A stretch of DNA of 64,000 nucleotides from Lama guanicoe. Taxonomy: Eukaryota. This document shows, piece after piece, positions 1 to 12,049 of the stretch. The notes under the pieces are model-generated. The model had not been told where the DNA came from, searched no databases, and saw nothing but the letters and a program-made list of their open reading frames with translations. The stretch lies in contig MU054001.1 in NCBI GenBank assembly GCA_013239625.1, forward strand, positions 3,698,167 to 3,762,166, read 5' to 3'. Each line of letters begins with the position of its first letter. Within the stretch, counting starts at the first letter, position 1. The translations under genes and the position numbers were made by a program.

Positions 1-80
1 ATTGTGGTGACAATTCTGCAATACATAGAAATATTGAATCAATACATTGTGCACCTGAAACTCAAGTAATTTAAAAGATA
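1..80 (+). mobile_element. L1 3' terminal fragment, cut by the window edge
   Basis: 'attgtggtgacaattctgcaatacatagaaatattgaatcaatacattgtgcacctgaaac' resembles mammalian L1M 3' termini and is followed by an A-rich tail. Confidence 0.65.
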
Positions 81-212
81 AGAAAATTTGGGGTGCAGCC
101 AGGGTGACCAGATTATTGTTCAGGGCCAGGTGTGATCCTGATGCAAAGCCTGCTGGCAAATCACTGTTCATTGATTTTCCCCTCATTTGACAGGGGAAAA
201 ATTTAGCCCAGA

Positions 213-256
213 AAGGAAAAGGGGGGAAAAAGAAAGAAAAGAAAAGAAAAGAAAAG
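213..256. repeat. (GAAAA)n purine-rich simple repeat
   Basis: Directly visible: gaaagaaaagaaaagaaaagaaaag. Confidence 0.85.
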
Positions 257-332
257 GGTCTTAGCCAAGATCCCATAGAGAAGCACATCTTTCAATGACC
301 TCTTGATTCCTCCCTACCTCCCTTCACTCCTG

Positions 333-500
333 CATTCATGCATTCATTCAACAAACATTTGTTGAGTGCTTGCTATGTGCCAGGTACTATGTTACATGCA
401 AAAACAGCCCTGATCTCTCCCCTGCTAGAGCAAACACCCTATTGGGAAAGACCAGAATTGATCAATCACATGCATAAGTGTAAAATGACAACTATGACCA
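333..500 (-). mobile_element. L2 LINE 3' end
   Basis: 'cattcattcaacaaacatttgttgagtgcttgctatgtgccagg' is the reverse complement of the L2 3' terminus with its (TGAA)n tail. Confidence 0.85.
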
Positions 501-929
501 GGAGAGGCACATGAGAGGCTGTGCCGGGGCGTTCAACAGTGCACAGTGTCCTCATTGGTGAAATGGGACCGTCTCATCTGCCCTGCTTCCTTCCCCACCT
601 GTACAAGTCACACAGGATGTTAGCAGGGAACAGATTTTGCAAACATAAAAGTAATTCTTCAAATGCCAGGCTTATCCTAACTCTGATAGACATTCAATAA
701 ATATTTGTAGAATTGAATTGCTGAATTGAATTATGCTGCAAAAATAAAGCAAGGATTAGCAAGAATCCCCAGCTCCAACCCAGCGTTCATTCAATGCTCC
801 TATTAATACTGACAAGACACAGGCTGGGTTGGTCAGATCTGAAAAGAGACCCACAGAAAGATGGCCTTCTGCAAATCCCTGAAACGTCCAAGCTGGAGGA
901 GGGATTCACATATCATCTGATTCACATTT

Positions 930-1030
930 GTCTTCATCTTCACAAAATGAGAAATGAGGCCCAGAGAGGGAAAGATTATTCAAGGTCACACAAAGCAGGA
1001 GTGGCAGAGCCAGACAGGACCCAGGCTTCC
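930..1030 (-). mobile_element. MIR SINE fragment
   Basis: 'gaaatgaggcccagagagggaaagattattcaaggtcacacaaagcaggagtggcagagcc' is the MIR core in reverse orientation. Confidence 0.8.
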
Positions 1031-1249
1031 CAAATCCCTGGACAGTTGATTAGAAGATGATAGATTAACAGAAAAATGGACATGTCTGGGGTCCCCTGAT
1101 GCTAGAAGCTGTTATTCTGTGCATGGAAGATGCCAAAGTTAGAAATATCTTCCATGTATCAAGTAATGCTATACTGTGGGACCCATCCCCAAGTTCCCGG
1201 GATCATTGCTCCACAGGCCACAGCCAAGAGTAAATGTCTACCCAAGTTC

Positions 1250-1643
1250 AATAGACATTGCTTGCTTCACTGTTTCCCGTTCTGTTAAAAGCACCCATAT
1301 TTCTCTTTGTGGGACCGTCTGACTATCAGTCTGTGAACTTAGGGTTGAATCCACCTGCCTCCAGGGGAAATGAGCACATATCTCGGTTTCAGCCAATCAG
1401 CTTATCCCATCTCCCTGGCCATAGTGATTGGTTCAGGGAAGGACATGTGATTCAAGGTGGTCCAATAAGAGTCAGCCCTGGGATTTTGGCTGTAACTATT
1501 GGGAAAGAGGCAGTGTCTTTCCATTGTATTTGCTAACCGGCTGAAATGTCATCCTGGAGCTTCTGGCTGCCATCCTGCATTAAAGCTTTTCTATAAATGA
1601 GTCATAAACAATGGGGTGGGGGAGCCAAGAAATGAGGAGAAAC

Positions 1644-1677
<34 letters not shown>

Positions 1678-1790
1678 CATATATACACATACACATACAT
1701 ACACATCCAGCCATTCCTGAGGGTAAATGCTCTGTACTTTACAGTTATGGTAGGCAAAAAAAATTCCCTGTAACTAACCCAGTATGACAG
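1250..1790 (+). mobile_element. Old MaLR LTR (MLT1J/K-like)
   Basis: 'gccaatcagcttatcccatctccctggccatagtgattggttcagggaaggacatgtga...ccaataagagtc' is typical of MLT1K-type LTRs. A microsatellite interrupts it. Confidence 0.7.
1644..1706. repeat. Compound (TG)n(TA)n(CATA-like) microsatellite
   Basis: Directly visible. Confidence 0.95.
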
Positions 1791-1799
1791 AGACCAGGG

Positions 1800-2170
1800 A
1801 CCTGTGGAGTTTTTGCTCAGACACAATTATCCCATCAGGGACTCTATTTCCCAGCCTTCCTTATAAGTGCCACACAATTGAGTTCTGGCCAGTGAAATTA
1901 GAGGCAGAAGTAAAGAACAACACTACCACCAAAACCTTCCAAGCCATCTTTCACACTCTTTTTCCATTCACTGGCTAAATGTCAAAACATCCAGGATGAC
2001 TTTGAGAGCTGTATGCTGAAAATGGCATTGGGCAGGGTCCCTGAATGGCATCATGGAAGAGGGTGCTGCATCCCCCACTGCCAACTGGACTGAGATGAAT
2101 GAAAAGTAACCTTCCATTGTGTTAAGCCACCAAACTTCTTGGCTTTTTTGTAGTAACAGCTACCGTTATC
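1800..2170 (+). mobile_element. Old ERVL/MaLR-class LTR fragment
   Basis: 'gagttctggccagtgaaattagaggcagaagt' plus an LTR-like 3' end 'cttccattgtgttaagccacc...tgtagtaacagc'. Subfamily uncertain. Confidence 0.55.
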
Positions 2171-2189
2171 TTCATGCTTTCACTGAGTG

Positions 2190-2735
2190 TTGCATCATAA
2201 GCAATAGAAATCAAGTCTGGCTAACTTAAGCTAAAGAGGAATGTATTAAAAAGATGGTAGCTGCTCACAGACACTTCAGAGGAACAAGAGAACCAGGACT
2301 GGGAGCTGTGCTGCTCAGAACAGTGCCCAAATTCACACCACAGAACTGGAGCCAAGGGGACACCACCGGGTGCCAATATCTCACCTTGACTGCTGACACT
2401 CCTGATGCTGGACCATGATGCTGTCCTACAACCACTCTCCTCCTGCCTTTGGGAATTTGGTAGAGCTGCCACCGAGGCCACAATCTTTTTCAGCATGAAT
2501 TCTGAGAAGTCCCTGCTTCTCCATGGCTGATGGAAAGTCTAGGGCAGGTATTGGTGGAGCTTAGGTCACATGACCACACTCTAGCTGCAAGGGAGGCTGC
2601 AAAAGTGGCTAGATGGCATTTTCCCACCACCGTAGTGTAAGGTGGACTCTGCTTCAAAAGGTGGGGAATTCTCCAAACATGGGAAGGGGTTCAAACAAAT
2701 AAGAGCCTAAAGGACTGATAAATATATGCTACAGA
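2190..2735 (-). mobile_element. Old ERVL/MaLR-class LTR
   Basis: 'gcaatagaaatcaagtctggctaacttaagc' and 'taggtcacatgaccacactctagctgcaagggaggctg' match antisense old MLT1-class LTR motifs. Confidence 0.6.
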
Positions 2736-2841
2736 CAGCTTGCAATGGACTTCTGCCGCTGAGAGCCTGACTAATAGTGTGTACACAATGTGCTCCCAAT
2801 TTTGTACAAAGTAGATCATAGGTATGTTCTAGAGATTGTGT

Positions 2842-2990
2842 TAATAAGCACTTGATAGATATTGTCTTACATAGTCCTCATAATGACCCATTATGAGAAA
2901 CTATTATTCTCATTTTCCAGATGAGGAAACTGAGTCCTGGAGAAGGAAATGACTTGCCCAAGGGCACACTGCAAGGATGCAACAGAATCT
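2842..2990 (-). mobile_element. MIR SINE
   Basis: 'cattttccagatgaggaaactgagtcctggagaaggaaatgacttgcccaagggcacac' is the MIR core, reversed. Confidence 0.85.
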
Positions 2991-3697
2991 TCTAACTCAA
3001 ACATCAGTGTCACGGCTACTTTTCCCAATGGAGCAAGTCTTAAAGCTTAAAATCACAGTGAAATTCAGATGAATTTGGAAAATGGGAGAAGTATCCTTGG
3101 GCAGCTGCAGGAGTTCTTCTGGGTGTAAGACTCAGCCTCCTGAGACAGCCTACCCTGAGGAAGAAGTCCAGGTGTGGTCAGCTTGACTAAGGAAGGAAAC
3201 CTTGGTTATGGGATGTTACGGAAGGAACTGGGATTATGAATATAATGGGGGAGCAGTTTGTTCCCAGTATGGAGCAGCCTTGAGGACTACCATCAGAGTC
3301 CTGAGAGTTAGAAAGATGAAGGTAAAAAATGAAAAGGATGTTTCACTCAAAACAACACACAAGATGTTAGCATCCACACCACTGCTTTGGGACCCCTTTG
3401 GCATGGGGAGGATTATCTCTGGCTTTCTGCAGACCACCATGCAGCTTTGTACCGTGGGATTCCAACGCATTGGTGGTGGTTCCCAGAGCAGAGCTTACAG
3501 CCTGGGTTCTGGATGAGACTTGTTTAGGAGCACATATGAGACTTCTTCTGAAAACTCTCCAAAATACTTGGAAAGGGAGAGTCTTCCAGGAGCTGGGAAG
3601 TGCTGTGGTATCAAGCAGGGATAAGAGACAGTGGAAATTGACATCTCAATGTCAGTATGAACTTCAGTGCTACCCGCCCAGCTGAGTCAGAGGCAAA

Positions 3698-4160
3698 TAT
3701 GCTAGGTGTCTTCTGTCTGCAGCTCCAAGTCTTCTCTCCACCCTTTCCCACCCTGTTTGGGGCCCTATAGACTGAAATGTATGAGCTACAGAAGTAGGAT
3801 CCCTTGTCCTTTGGCTTTGGGTTGGGTTCAACCAATGGGAGGCACTAGTAGATCTGCTCCCCGAGAGTCGCCATGATTGACTGCTTCCTCCACCTGGCCC
3901 ACCCTCCAAGGTCATGGCCCTGTCAGTGGCCCTTCTCCATACAGCCCTCTGTCTCCAGTCTGGTCATTGCCCCCATCCTGTGCTGCTTTAGGCCTAAGGA
4001 AGGTTATGGCCACCACTCTTCCTGGCCCCATGGGCTGCTCCATCCCAAGTGAGTTTTCCACATCCTGTGCACATCTTTGTAAAGAGTCCCAGTACCAAAT
4101 GGTCGACTAGTTCCCTGGTTTGAGTGTGCCATCTCTTTCTAGCCAAGACTCCCACAAATG
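3698..4160 (-). mobile_element. ERVL-class solo LTR (LTR33-like)
   Basis: 'cccttgtcctttggctttgggttgggttcaaccaatgggaggcac' and 'tttgagtgtgccatctctttc' resemble the LTR33 family. Orientation is less certain than the family class. Confidence 0.65.
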
Positions 4161-5534
4161 TAAAGACACTTTGATTCCACTGAAAGGTTCTCTGCATCAT
4201 GATACTGTGAGGCAATATCATACGGAATTTTGCATTATCTTTTATTTTTCTTTTTTTTAAACTGCCAAACACGCCGGAACCAGAATGTTGGTGGGGTTTT
4301 TGCAGCCCCTCGGGCATCTGATAATCTTGTCACAGCACTCTTGTTACTTTTGGGCCTGGTCCAGCTGGCCTCAGATCTGTCATTGTTGGGGAAAATGCCA
4401 GAAACCAGGGAGTTCCTCCAAATGACTGAGGGAAGATGTCATGGAAACAGCTACTCCGGGGGCTCAAACATAGGCCAAATCCTTAAAGACACCAAGATGA
4501 GGAGAAGCCTGGGGTTGATCCATGATTGGATTCAGGTTTGGAAAGGGCTTTGTGATACAGTAGGGGCTCCAGAGCCGTGAACATCCTCCTAGAAGAGAGC
4601 CACCCACGGTTCTCCCATTGACCATCCATCCTCATTGGACCATCATTTGACCCGGTTGCAAATAGTCCCAGGCTGAGAGGAGCAGGAGGCAGCTTCTGAT
4701 CTCTAGCTGCAGTAGGGCCCCCTCTTTAGAGTCCAAGTGGTCCAGGAGCCTCAGGCTGAGCAGGGAAGGCAGTGGAGGGGACAGTCTGGGACCCCTCGCT
4801 ACCCCCCAACCCAGTCAGGGAGATGTTACTGCAAACATGCTTCCAAATCCATGAGCTCATATTTACTGGGCCTATTTTTAGGACAACAAATATGCCCACT
4901 CAGAGCTTCCAGAAGAGTGACTCACTTACGGCCCAGAACCTCCTTCCCAGTGAAGACCGACTCTCCTTCCTGCCACAGCTCCAACTCTGCCCCTGCTTCT
5001 CCCCCGGGGGTGACCTGGGCCTCCACGGCACTGTCTGGGGCATCTGATTAGGGACTGAGAACTTCCAGAGGAAGCATCCCAGATGGGAGCCACTGTGGCC
5101 AGGCCCTGCCTCCACGTGGGCACTCACAGAACCCTCGAAGGCCTTCATGTTTGGAGTCACAAAGAGGCCATTTGCTCCAGGATTAAGGCTGAACTTCACC
5201 TGCTCAGGGATTTTTTCCCCACCACCACTTATGTTCATTAAGCAAGCTCGAGATCAGACCCTAGACAGAAATAATCTGAAAGGAGGAGAGAGCTTCCCTT
5301 TGACACATGGTCGTCCCCCAGGGCCTCTGGGTGTGGCTGGACCTGTTGCCTTGCACAGCTTCTGGGGGCGTCATTTACCACATGGTCACCCTAGCTCACC
5401 AAAGCTATTAGGACTGTTTTCTGGTGGACTGTAGTAAGTAAACTGAGACACCTGTCTCTAATTCGCTTTCTTCAGAGGGACCAAAGCCAACCCCTGAGAC
5501 TCTAGAACAGAAAGGTGGTTAGAAGTACAGTGGT

Positions 5535-6135
5535 AGAGAGGAAACTCCAATTTGAAAAGACACATGAACCCCAATGTTCATAGCAGCACTATTTACAATA
5601 GCCAAGACATGGAAACAACTAAAACGTCCATCAACAGATAAATGGATAAAGAAGTTGTGATATATTTATACAATGGAATACTACTCAGCCATGAAAAAGA
5701 ATAAAATAATGCCATTTGCAGCAACATGGATGTTCCTGGAGAATGTCATTCTAAGTGAAGTAAGCCAGAAAGAGAAAGAAAAATACCATATGAGATAACT
5801 CATATGTGGAAATAAAAAAAAAGACATAAATGAACTTATTTACAAAACAGAAATAGACTCACAGACATAGAAAACAAACCTATGGTTACCAGGGGGGAAA
5901 GGGAGTAGGAAGGGATGAATTGGGAGTTTGAGATTTGCAGATACTAACTACTGTACAGAAATAGGTAAACAACAAGTTTCTACTGTATAGAACAGGGAAC
6001 TATATTCAACATCTTGTAATAATGTATAAAGAAAATGAATACAAAAAGGAATATATGTATGAGTGAAACACTATGCTATACACCAGAAATTGACACAACA
6101 TTGTAAACTGACAGACATCAATTTTTTAAAAAAAC
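5535..6135 (+). mobile_element. 5'-truncated lineage-specific L1 (ORF2 tail plus 3'UTR) with target-site duplication
   Basis: Contains 'atgttcatagcagcactatttacaatagccaagacatgg...gccatttgcagcaacatggatg' and ends '...acaccagaaattgacacaacattgtaaactgac' plus an A-tail. Flanking TSD is agtacagtggt (5524-5534) / agtacaatggt (6136-6146). Confidence 0.95.
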
Positions 6136-8135
6136 AGTACAATGGTTGAAAATGTCTCCTTCCTTCTTTGAAAGGATGGGACTCCTTCCCTGGGGCACCC
6201 ATGCCACCCTGGGTCCTCTCCATCTAGCCCCCCAGAGAAGTGTAGGCACTAGTAAGACCTCAGGATACTGCTCCATAAATTCTCTTTTCGTTGGAGGCCC
6301 AGCAGATAATAATTTAAAGAACTAGTCACTGCTTGCAATTAAGCACAGAGAAAATAGATCAGGGCCATAATTTATGTCTGGGCAAGGTTGGGCTGGATTT
6401 GTAATTAATGTTTGCTCCTTTTAATGAAATAATCCAAAGGTCTGCACTTCTGTCATTCATGAAGGTAATTTTTCAATTGATTAGTAAAATAATACTTGAA
6501 AAGTAAATGCACCTGCTGCTTCCCCGAAATGTCTCAGTCAACTGGACACTGGTTGAGACGCTAAGAAAAATACCACTCCAACCCAGTGGAGACTGGGCTC
6601 TACACCATCAGCATGCAGAGTGCCCGGGAAGGAGGCAGGATGGAAAAGTAATTAGAGCAGCCGCGATGACCGGAATCCCTGGGTGGCCCTGGGCTGCAGA
6701 GCAGATGTGGCCATCCTGCCCGGCTCCTGCCTGCTCTGGAGGGGCCAGACTGGGAAGGAGCAGAGGCCAGATACCCAAGCACTCTGGTTTCCCCTATGTG
6801 GTCCCAAACCCAGGACTACATGGGGCACTGAGCTGCGCTGGGATGGCCTTAGGGAAGATGCATCACAGGCCAGACAGGATGCAGGCAGCAACCGGAAGGC
6901 ACTGTGGTCAGGGGTGGGGGTGGGGGATGCTGGCTGGACAGAGCACCTGGCGGAGGGCCAGGCACGGCATAGATCCTGTTCCCTAACATCTCTATCGTCT
7001 CAGGGTCACCGGTTCTTGTGAAAGGCTACTTAAATTTAGAACCAACATTTCTTAGTAGTCAGGGGATAAAAGGTTTGATTGGGAGCCTTCTCTGGAAAAC
7101 TAAAACTAAAAGTTATGAACAAGACTTCGCTTTATGTTCAAGGAAATAAAATATAGGCAATAAAGCATTAATTCTAGAATAAAGAAAGACTCTGGCATTG
7201 ATTTTGGTGGGGGTGGGGTCATTTTAAAAAGTCAGAATTGTTTAATAGCATGCATGATATAACATCCTTCCCCTCACGATAGATTTTCACCACACCAGCT
7301 TAAAGAGAGTGATTTGGGCAAAACTATTCAAAGGCTGCATCAATTTTCCGAAGTCCGTTCTTCATCTCTGACATTTAAAGGACTCGGCTATCAATTATTA
7401 AACCTCAAATATTGGAGCACTCAGCCCATTGTCATCCCTGCCGGTTATTTCCGCTCCCAGCAGGTCATCCCCTGCCAGTGGCTTGGTGGGGAGTCCAGTG
7501 GCTCTCCCATAACACTTCTGCAGACTTTATGAAATCCCGCATCTTTGGAAGATCAGCCATTTCTGTTCGCAATTAAATTAGCATTTTAAAGACGATCAGA
7601 AGTGTCACTGGTGACAAGAGGAAGGGGCTGTTCAAGGGGCACTAATTTTACAAGGGGCCAGTTCATTAAGGAGTATCACCATGGGTTTTAACCACGCTGG
7701 CTTCTCTCTGCAACCTCCGAACAGTAGGGGCTGGGGTGGCCAACAGTCAAATCTTCTGTGGATTCCCATGGATCCGTTTCCTAAAATTTCCAGACAAAGT
7801 TGCTGGGATTGCCACCTCGCAGAAGAGTGTATCCACTCAGGATTGTAGCTGGAATCAACAGAAATGGACTGGGTGATTTAAGCAGGAAGTAAAAGCAGGA
7901 AAGTGACTCCCTGGGAGAGCCCTGACGGTTCACTAGAAGAACCAGGGCTACGGTTTATCTGCTGTCCCTCAAAAGTGGGGAAACTAAAAATGGGCCAAGA
8001 GGGCAGCACGTTGCAAGAAAAATACGAGATGGGGTTTTTGTTCTTCTACCCAGTGAGCTCACACACGTTAATGTCACATGTCTAAACCTGCGGGAGCTAG
8101 CCTTCCAGAGCATACCATCTGGGACACGCTCTGCT

Positions 8136-8351
8136 CCCTGCTGTCCAAGATGGGGCCACGGGTCACGTGTGGCTATTTGAATTTATATTTAAATTCATTA
8201 AAAATAAATGCAATTAAAATTCCAACTCCTCAGTCACACCAGCCACATTGCAAGTGCCCCAAAGTCACTCGTGGCTCGCGGCTATTGCATAAGCCGACCC
8301 AGGAGTCTAGAACACATCCGCCATCGTGTGTAGTTCTGCTGGACGGCATGG
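8136..8351 (-). mobile_element. MER3 (hAT-Charlie MITE)
   Basis: Ends 'gctgtccaa...' and '...ggacggc'; internal 'tgtggctatttgaatttatatttaaattcattaaaa...cctcagtcacaccagccacattgcaagtgc' follows the MER3 consensus. Confidence 0.85.
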
Positions 8352-9169
8352 CTCTAAATCCCCACTCTGGTCCTGCCACCATGCCCGATTGTCCCTTTCA
8401 ACCAAGCAAGTGGCCTGTTGCAGACTTCTGAGGCGCCAGGGCGCAGTGACCCAGGGCTGGGCCCTCCTTCCCTGCTCCGTCAAGGCCTTCCGCCTCCTTT
8501 CCCGGAGGAGACTAATCTCTATTTGCAGCCCCTTTTCTTCCCATGAACAATGAGGCAGCCCTAGGAAATGGCTAGATCACTTTCCCCAGCACCTCCTTTA
8601 AGACTCCCCTAATAGGTGGAAATGCTTGATTATTTCAAATGAATATAATTACAAAATCCTCTACTTAGAGTAATCTTCCTCGTTTGTGGGAGCAGACATC
8701 TCTTTTCTCTCGTTTTCTCCCCTTGGAGAGGCACTTGGCTGCTTTGAAAAGTGAAATTCAATGGCCACGGCAGGACAGTCTCTCCTCCCCCTATGAGGGG
8801 CGGGGCGACAACCCTGGATCAGCGCTGGCGGCTCACACCAGCATCGCTAGGCTCCTTCTCTGGGAGGGTGCGATGCTGCAAGAAGTCACGTATTTGGAGG
8901 ATGAGCTGCAGGTCCCTTAGCTCCCCAGGAGGTTCTCACCCTTCTGCTCCCAGCCTCGCTGCTCCCCATGTGGGCAAAGACATGCCAGGCCTCTGCCCCT
9001 GCTAACCTCCCTTGGCATTCTCTGTCCCTGCTCTGCACCTCCTACTCAGGGGGCTGTCGCGATGACTCCATGAGGGGCCCCTTCTGTCCAATCCAAAGCC
9101 TGTGCCCTCCCCGGACTTGCATTCCTGGAAATACCTTCCATTGTGTTATTGTGGAGATGGCACAGGCTC

Positions 9170-9310
9170 CAGGCTCTGCAGACAGAGTGATTTGAGTTCA
9201 AATCTCAACTCTCCCACTCATCGGCTGTGTGGTCTCTGGCAAATTAATCATCTTCTCTGAGCCTCAATTGCGCCACCTCTAAAAATGAGATATTAACCAT
9301 AGTGCATAGC
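9170..9310 (+). mobile_element. MIR SINE
   Basis: 'gagttcaaatctcaactctcccactcatcggctgtgtggtctctggcaaattaatcatcttctctgagcctca'. Confidence 0.8.
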
Positions 9311-10964
9311 AAAGCTTCCATGTTTGTACAATGGGATTCTGCCCTGGCCCCAAATGATTACTCCAGAAATGGGCCCATGACTCCTTTCCCATGGACCTTT
9401 GGACTTGGAACAAGAGAGCCTCGTGCTGCTGGGGGGACCTCATGTGGTCTGCGGCCACGTTTTCCCCAGGTACAGAAAGCCGGCCAAGGAGGAATGAGCA
9501 AGAAAGGAGCCAGGACACAATGGGAAGCCTGTTATCAGCCCATGAGGACAAGGACCATGCTGGTTTGTTCACTCCTGTCTACCCAAGTCCTGGAACGATG
9601 CCCAGCAGGTACTGGGCACCCAACCAGCTCTGATTGCATTGTTGAAATAATGGGAGACAGAGAGTGGGAGCCTCTGGTCCCCATTATCCTGAGGTCCAGA
9701 TGTATTTCTGTCCTTCCATGTCCTTGATCATCCAGCCTTTCTCAGATTCATCCCCTCTGGTCTTCTGCTGGTTTGACTTCAGTTTCTGCCACTTGCAACC
9801 CACAGAGTTCTGATATAGCCAGAAGCATCTGGTCCACCCTCTACTTCCCCATTTTAAATAAAACAAAAGTGATGCCGGACTTGCCAGAGCCTTGTTGCAA
9901 GCTGGTGGCAGCCCAAGGAGAGGGCACAGGTCACATCACACCAGCCTCCTAAGGCTGGTCCCTTTCTGCATTTGAAATCCTACTCCTTTCTCTGCTCAAC
10001 CCCAAAGGCAATCGATCTCTGGGTAGCAGTGTTCTCTCCCCCAACCAGGGCACCCTTCCTCTGGAGAAGACGTGGGCTCCAGGAAGACACAAGCTCTGCT
10101 CCCACGTTCAAGTGCACTGCTGAGTGAGAAGAGCGCTTACCCCCACCCTCCAGCAGCGGCAGGGCCTCCTCCTTCCCCATTCTGTGTGCTAAGAGGGATG
10201 CCTTTAAATCCAAGGACACAGAACCGAAATGAGGCGTGTTCACAGAGCTGTCAGCAGAGAGGAGGCCCCACTGTCCAGAGACCAGATACCAACCACACAC
10301 AGACGGACACTGCTAACCTCATGTCTCCCTTCCAGACATCTGTGTGGACTCCTGTTCCCTTTTTTCCATCAGCACCTCCCTTTCCTGCAGAACCTTGTAC
10401 ATGTCTCCAACAAGACTGCAGGGCCTGAACAACATGTACTGATGCTCTCTGTGTGCTTTGGGCCTCAGGACCAATTTTGCTGTACAAACTAAGGCAGTGT
10501 GACTTGGGGACAGGTTTGCATTCAGGTCCCAATGCTGGGGGTCCCTGCCGTTGCCATTGGTTGTTTAGCTGCTAGTACTAAGTGCTAACTGGACCCTCGT
10601 AGGCAAAGTTCTGGAGGGAGATGGATGGGGAGGACACAGCCCCCCAGGCAAGCCCCTACCCCACCCCCGCTTCTGGTGGGCGCACTGGTAAGGCAGACAC
10701 ACAGGGCGCCCAGCATCAGCATGACCTGAGGATCAAGGAGGGCTTCCTGGAGGAGTGGTCATGGAGCCAGTCAAGGAAAAAGGAGGATTTGGATCTTCAC
10801 GGATGAGGTGGGGGCTGAGGGGAAAGGGCTGCCCAGCCAAAAGGAACACCATGAGCAAAGCAAAGAAAATCACCCCACTTCTTGAGACGCCGAGTCCAGA
10901 AACAAAACGAAGTCTTGTGACCACAGTGTTCCTTGTCACTAATAATTATTATTCATAGTCTCAT

Positions 10965-11525
10965 TTGTTTATTCATTCATTCGTTCACTCAGGCAGCATA
11001 TATTTATTGAGCCTCGTGAAACTGACCTTGAGACAATTGAAGCAAGGGTTGAAAACCGTATTCAGAACTGTTTTGTTCTTGGGAGAAGGATACAAAGGCA
11101 AACAAATCAGCTGGTCCCTGCCCAGGGGGAAGAGGGCAGAGGAGAAACCAATAAGCAGAAAAATGAAGAAGTCCCAACAGGAGTTCACGCTGGAGTGTGT
11201 GGGAGGGAGGGCCCGGGAGGCCAGAGGAGGCCTCTCTGAGGCTGAGGCGGGGGCATCTGAAGCAAGTTGTGAAATTTGAGACGCAGCCAGCCACCCCAGA
11301 GGGAGCAAGGGGGAGAGAAGATTCTAGGCACAAGAAAGAGCAAGTGCAGGTGCCGAGAAGGAAACAGGGCAGCAGACAGAAGGCCCATGTGGCCAGAGCA
11401 CCGTGGCTGGGAGAGTGTGGTGGGGGGAAGGGAGGGAGGCTGGCGGGGCAGGTCACAGGTCACAGGTCACAGGTCATGGGGCCTCAGAGGCCAGACCAAG
11501 GAGGCGGCTGTGGATTTTACCCTAT
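10965..11525 (-). mobile_element. L2 LINE 3' region, fragmented
   Basis: 'tttattcattcattcgttcactcaggcagcatatatttattgagc' followed by an L2-like body 'attctaggcacaagaaagagcaagtgca...gaaggcccatgtggccagagc...ggattttaccct'. Confidence 0.7.
11450..11476 (+). promoter_or_regulatory. Four tandem AGGTCA half-sites with 1-nt spacers (DR1 array, candidate nuclear-receptor element)
   Basis: AGGTCA-C-AGGTCA-C-AGGTCA-C-AGGTCA read directly from the sequence. The motif is certain; function is inferred. Confidence 0.5.
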
Positions 11526-11614
11526 GCCTCTGCCCCTGCCCTGAAGATGAAACACACTGTTATGAAAGTTATGTAAGCACACGTTTCCCCTTGGAAGGGG
11601 GATCCGCACACAAA

Positions 11615-11788
11615 CCAAACAGGGATCACCACCTGGTTTGGTCCAGCCTGCAAGCTGAGAACGGCTTTTCCACTTTTAATGGTTCTTATACAAGTCCCTA
11701 CATAGCATCCTTGTTTTTGCCTCTTGACTCAAACAGCCCCAAATATTTACTATTTGGCTCATTGCAGAAAAATGTTGTGGATCCCTGG
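11615..11788 (+). mobile_element. MER58-family hAT-Charlie fragment
   Basis: 'gcaagctgagaacggcttttccacttttaatggtt...ccaaatatttactatttggctcattgcagaaaaatgttgtggatccctg'. Confidence 0.7.
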
Positions 11789-12049
11789 CTTACCGTGATG
11801 CCAGATAAGCAATTCCTCTCTAGGAATTTGTTTATCATCACTGGGGGGGAAATGTTCTTCCCCTTGGGGAGGAAAATAATAAAAATAACCAAAGTTTGGT
11901 TAAAAAAAAAAAAAGACACCCTCATCAACTTTCCAGCATGTATCCTGGGTGCAGAGAAGATTCAAGGGCCCACCCCCCACTGTCCCAAGTCCCCCCACAA
12001 CTTTTCACCCTCCCATCTCCCAGCTTCTGGAAATCCAATTTCCTAGCTA

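Noticed and set aside
11276..12046. 256-aa ORF
   Set aside because: Runs across L2 and MER58 fossils with a non-ATG start and no protein similarity; a chance open frame.
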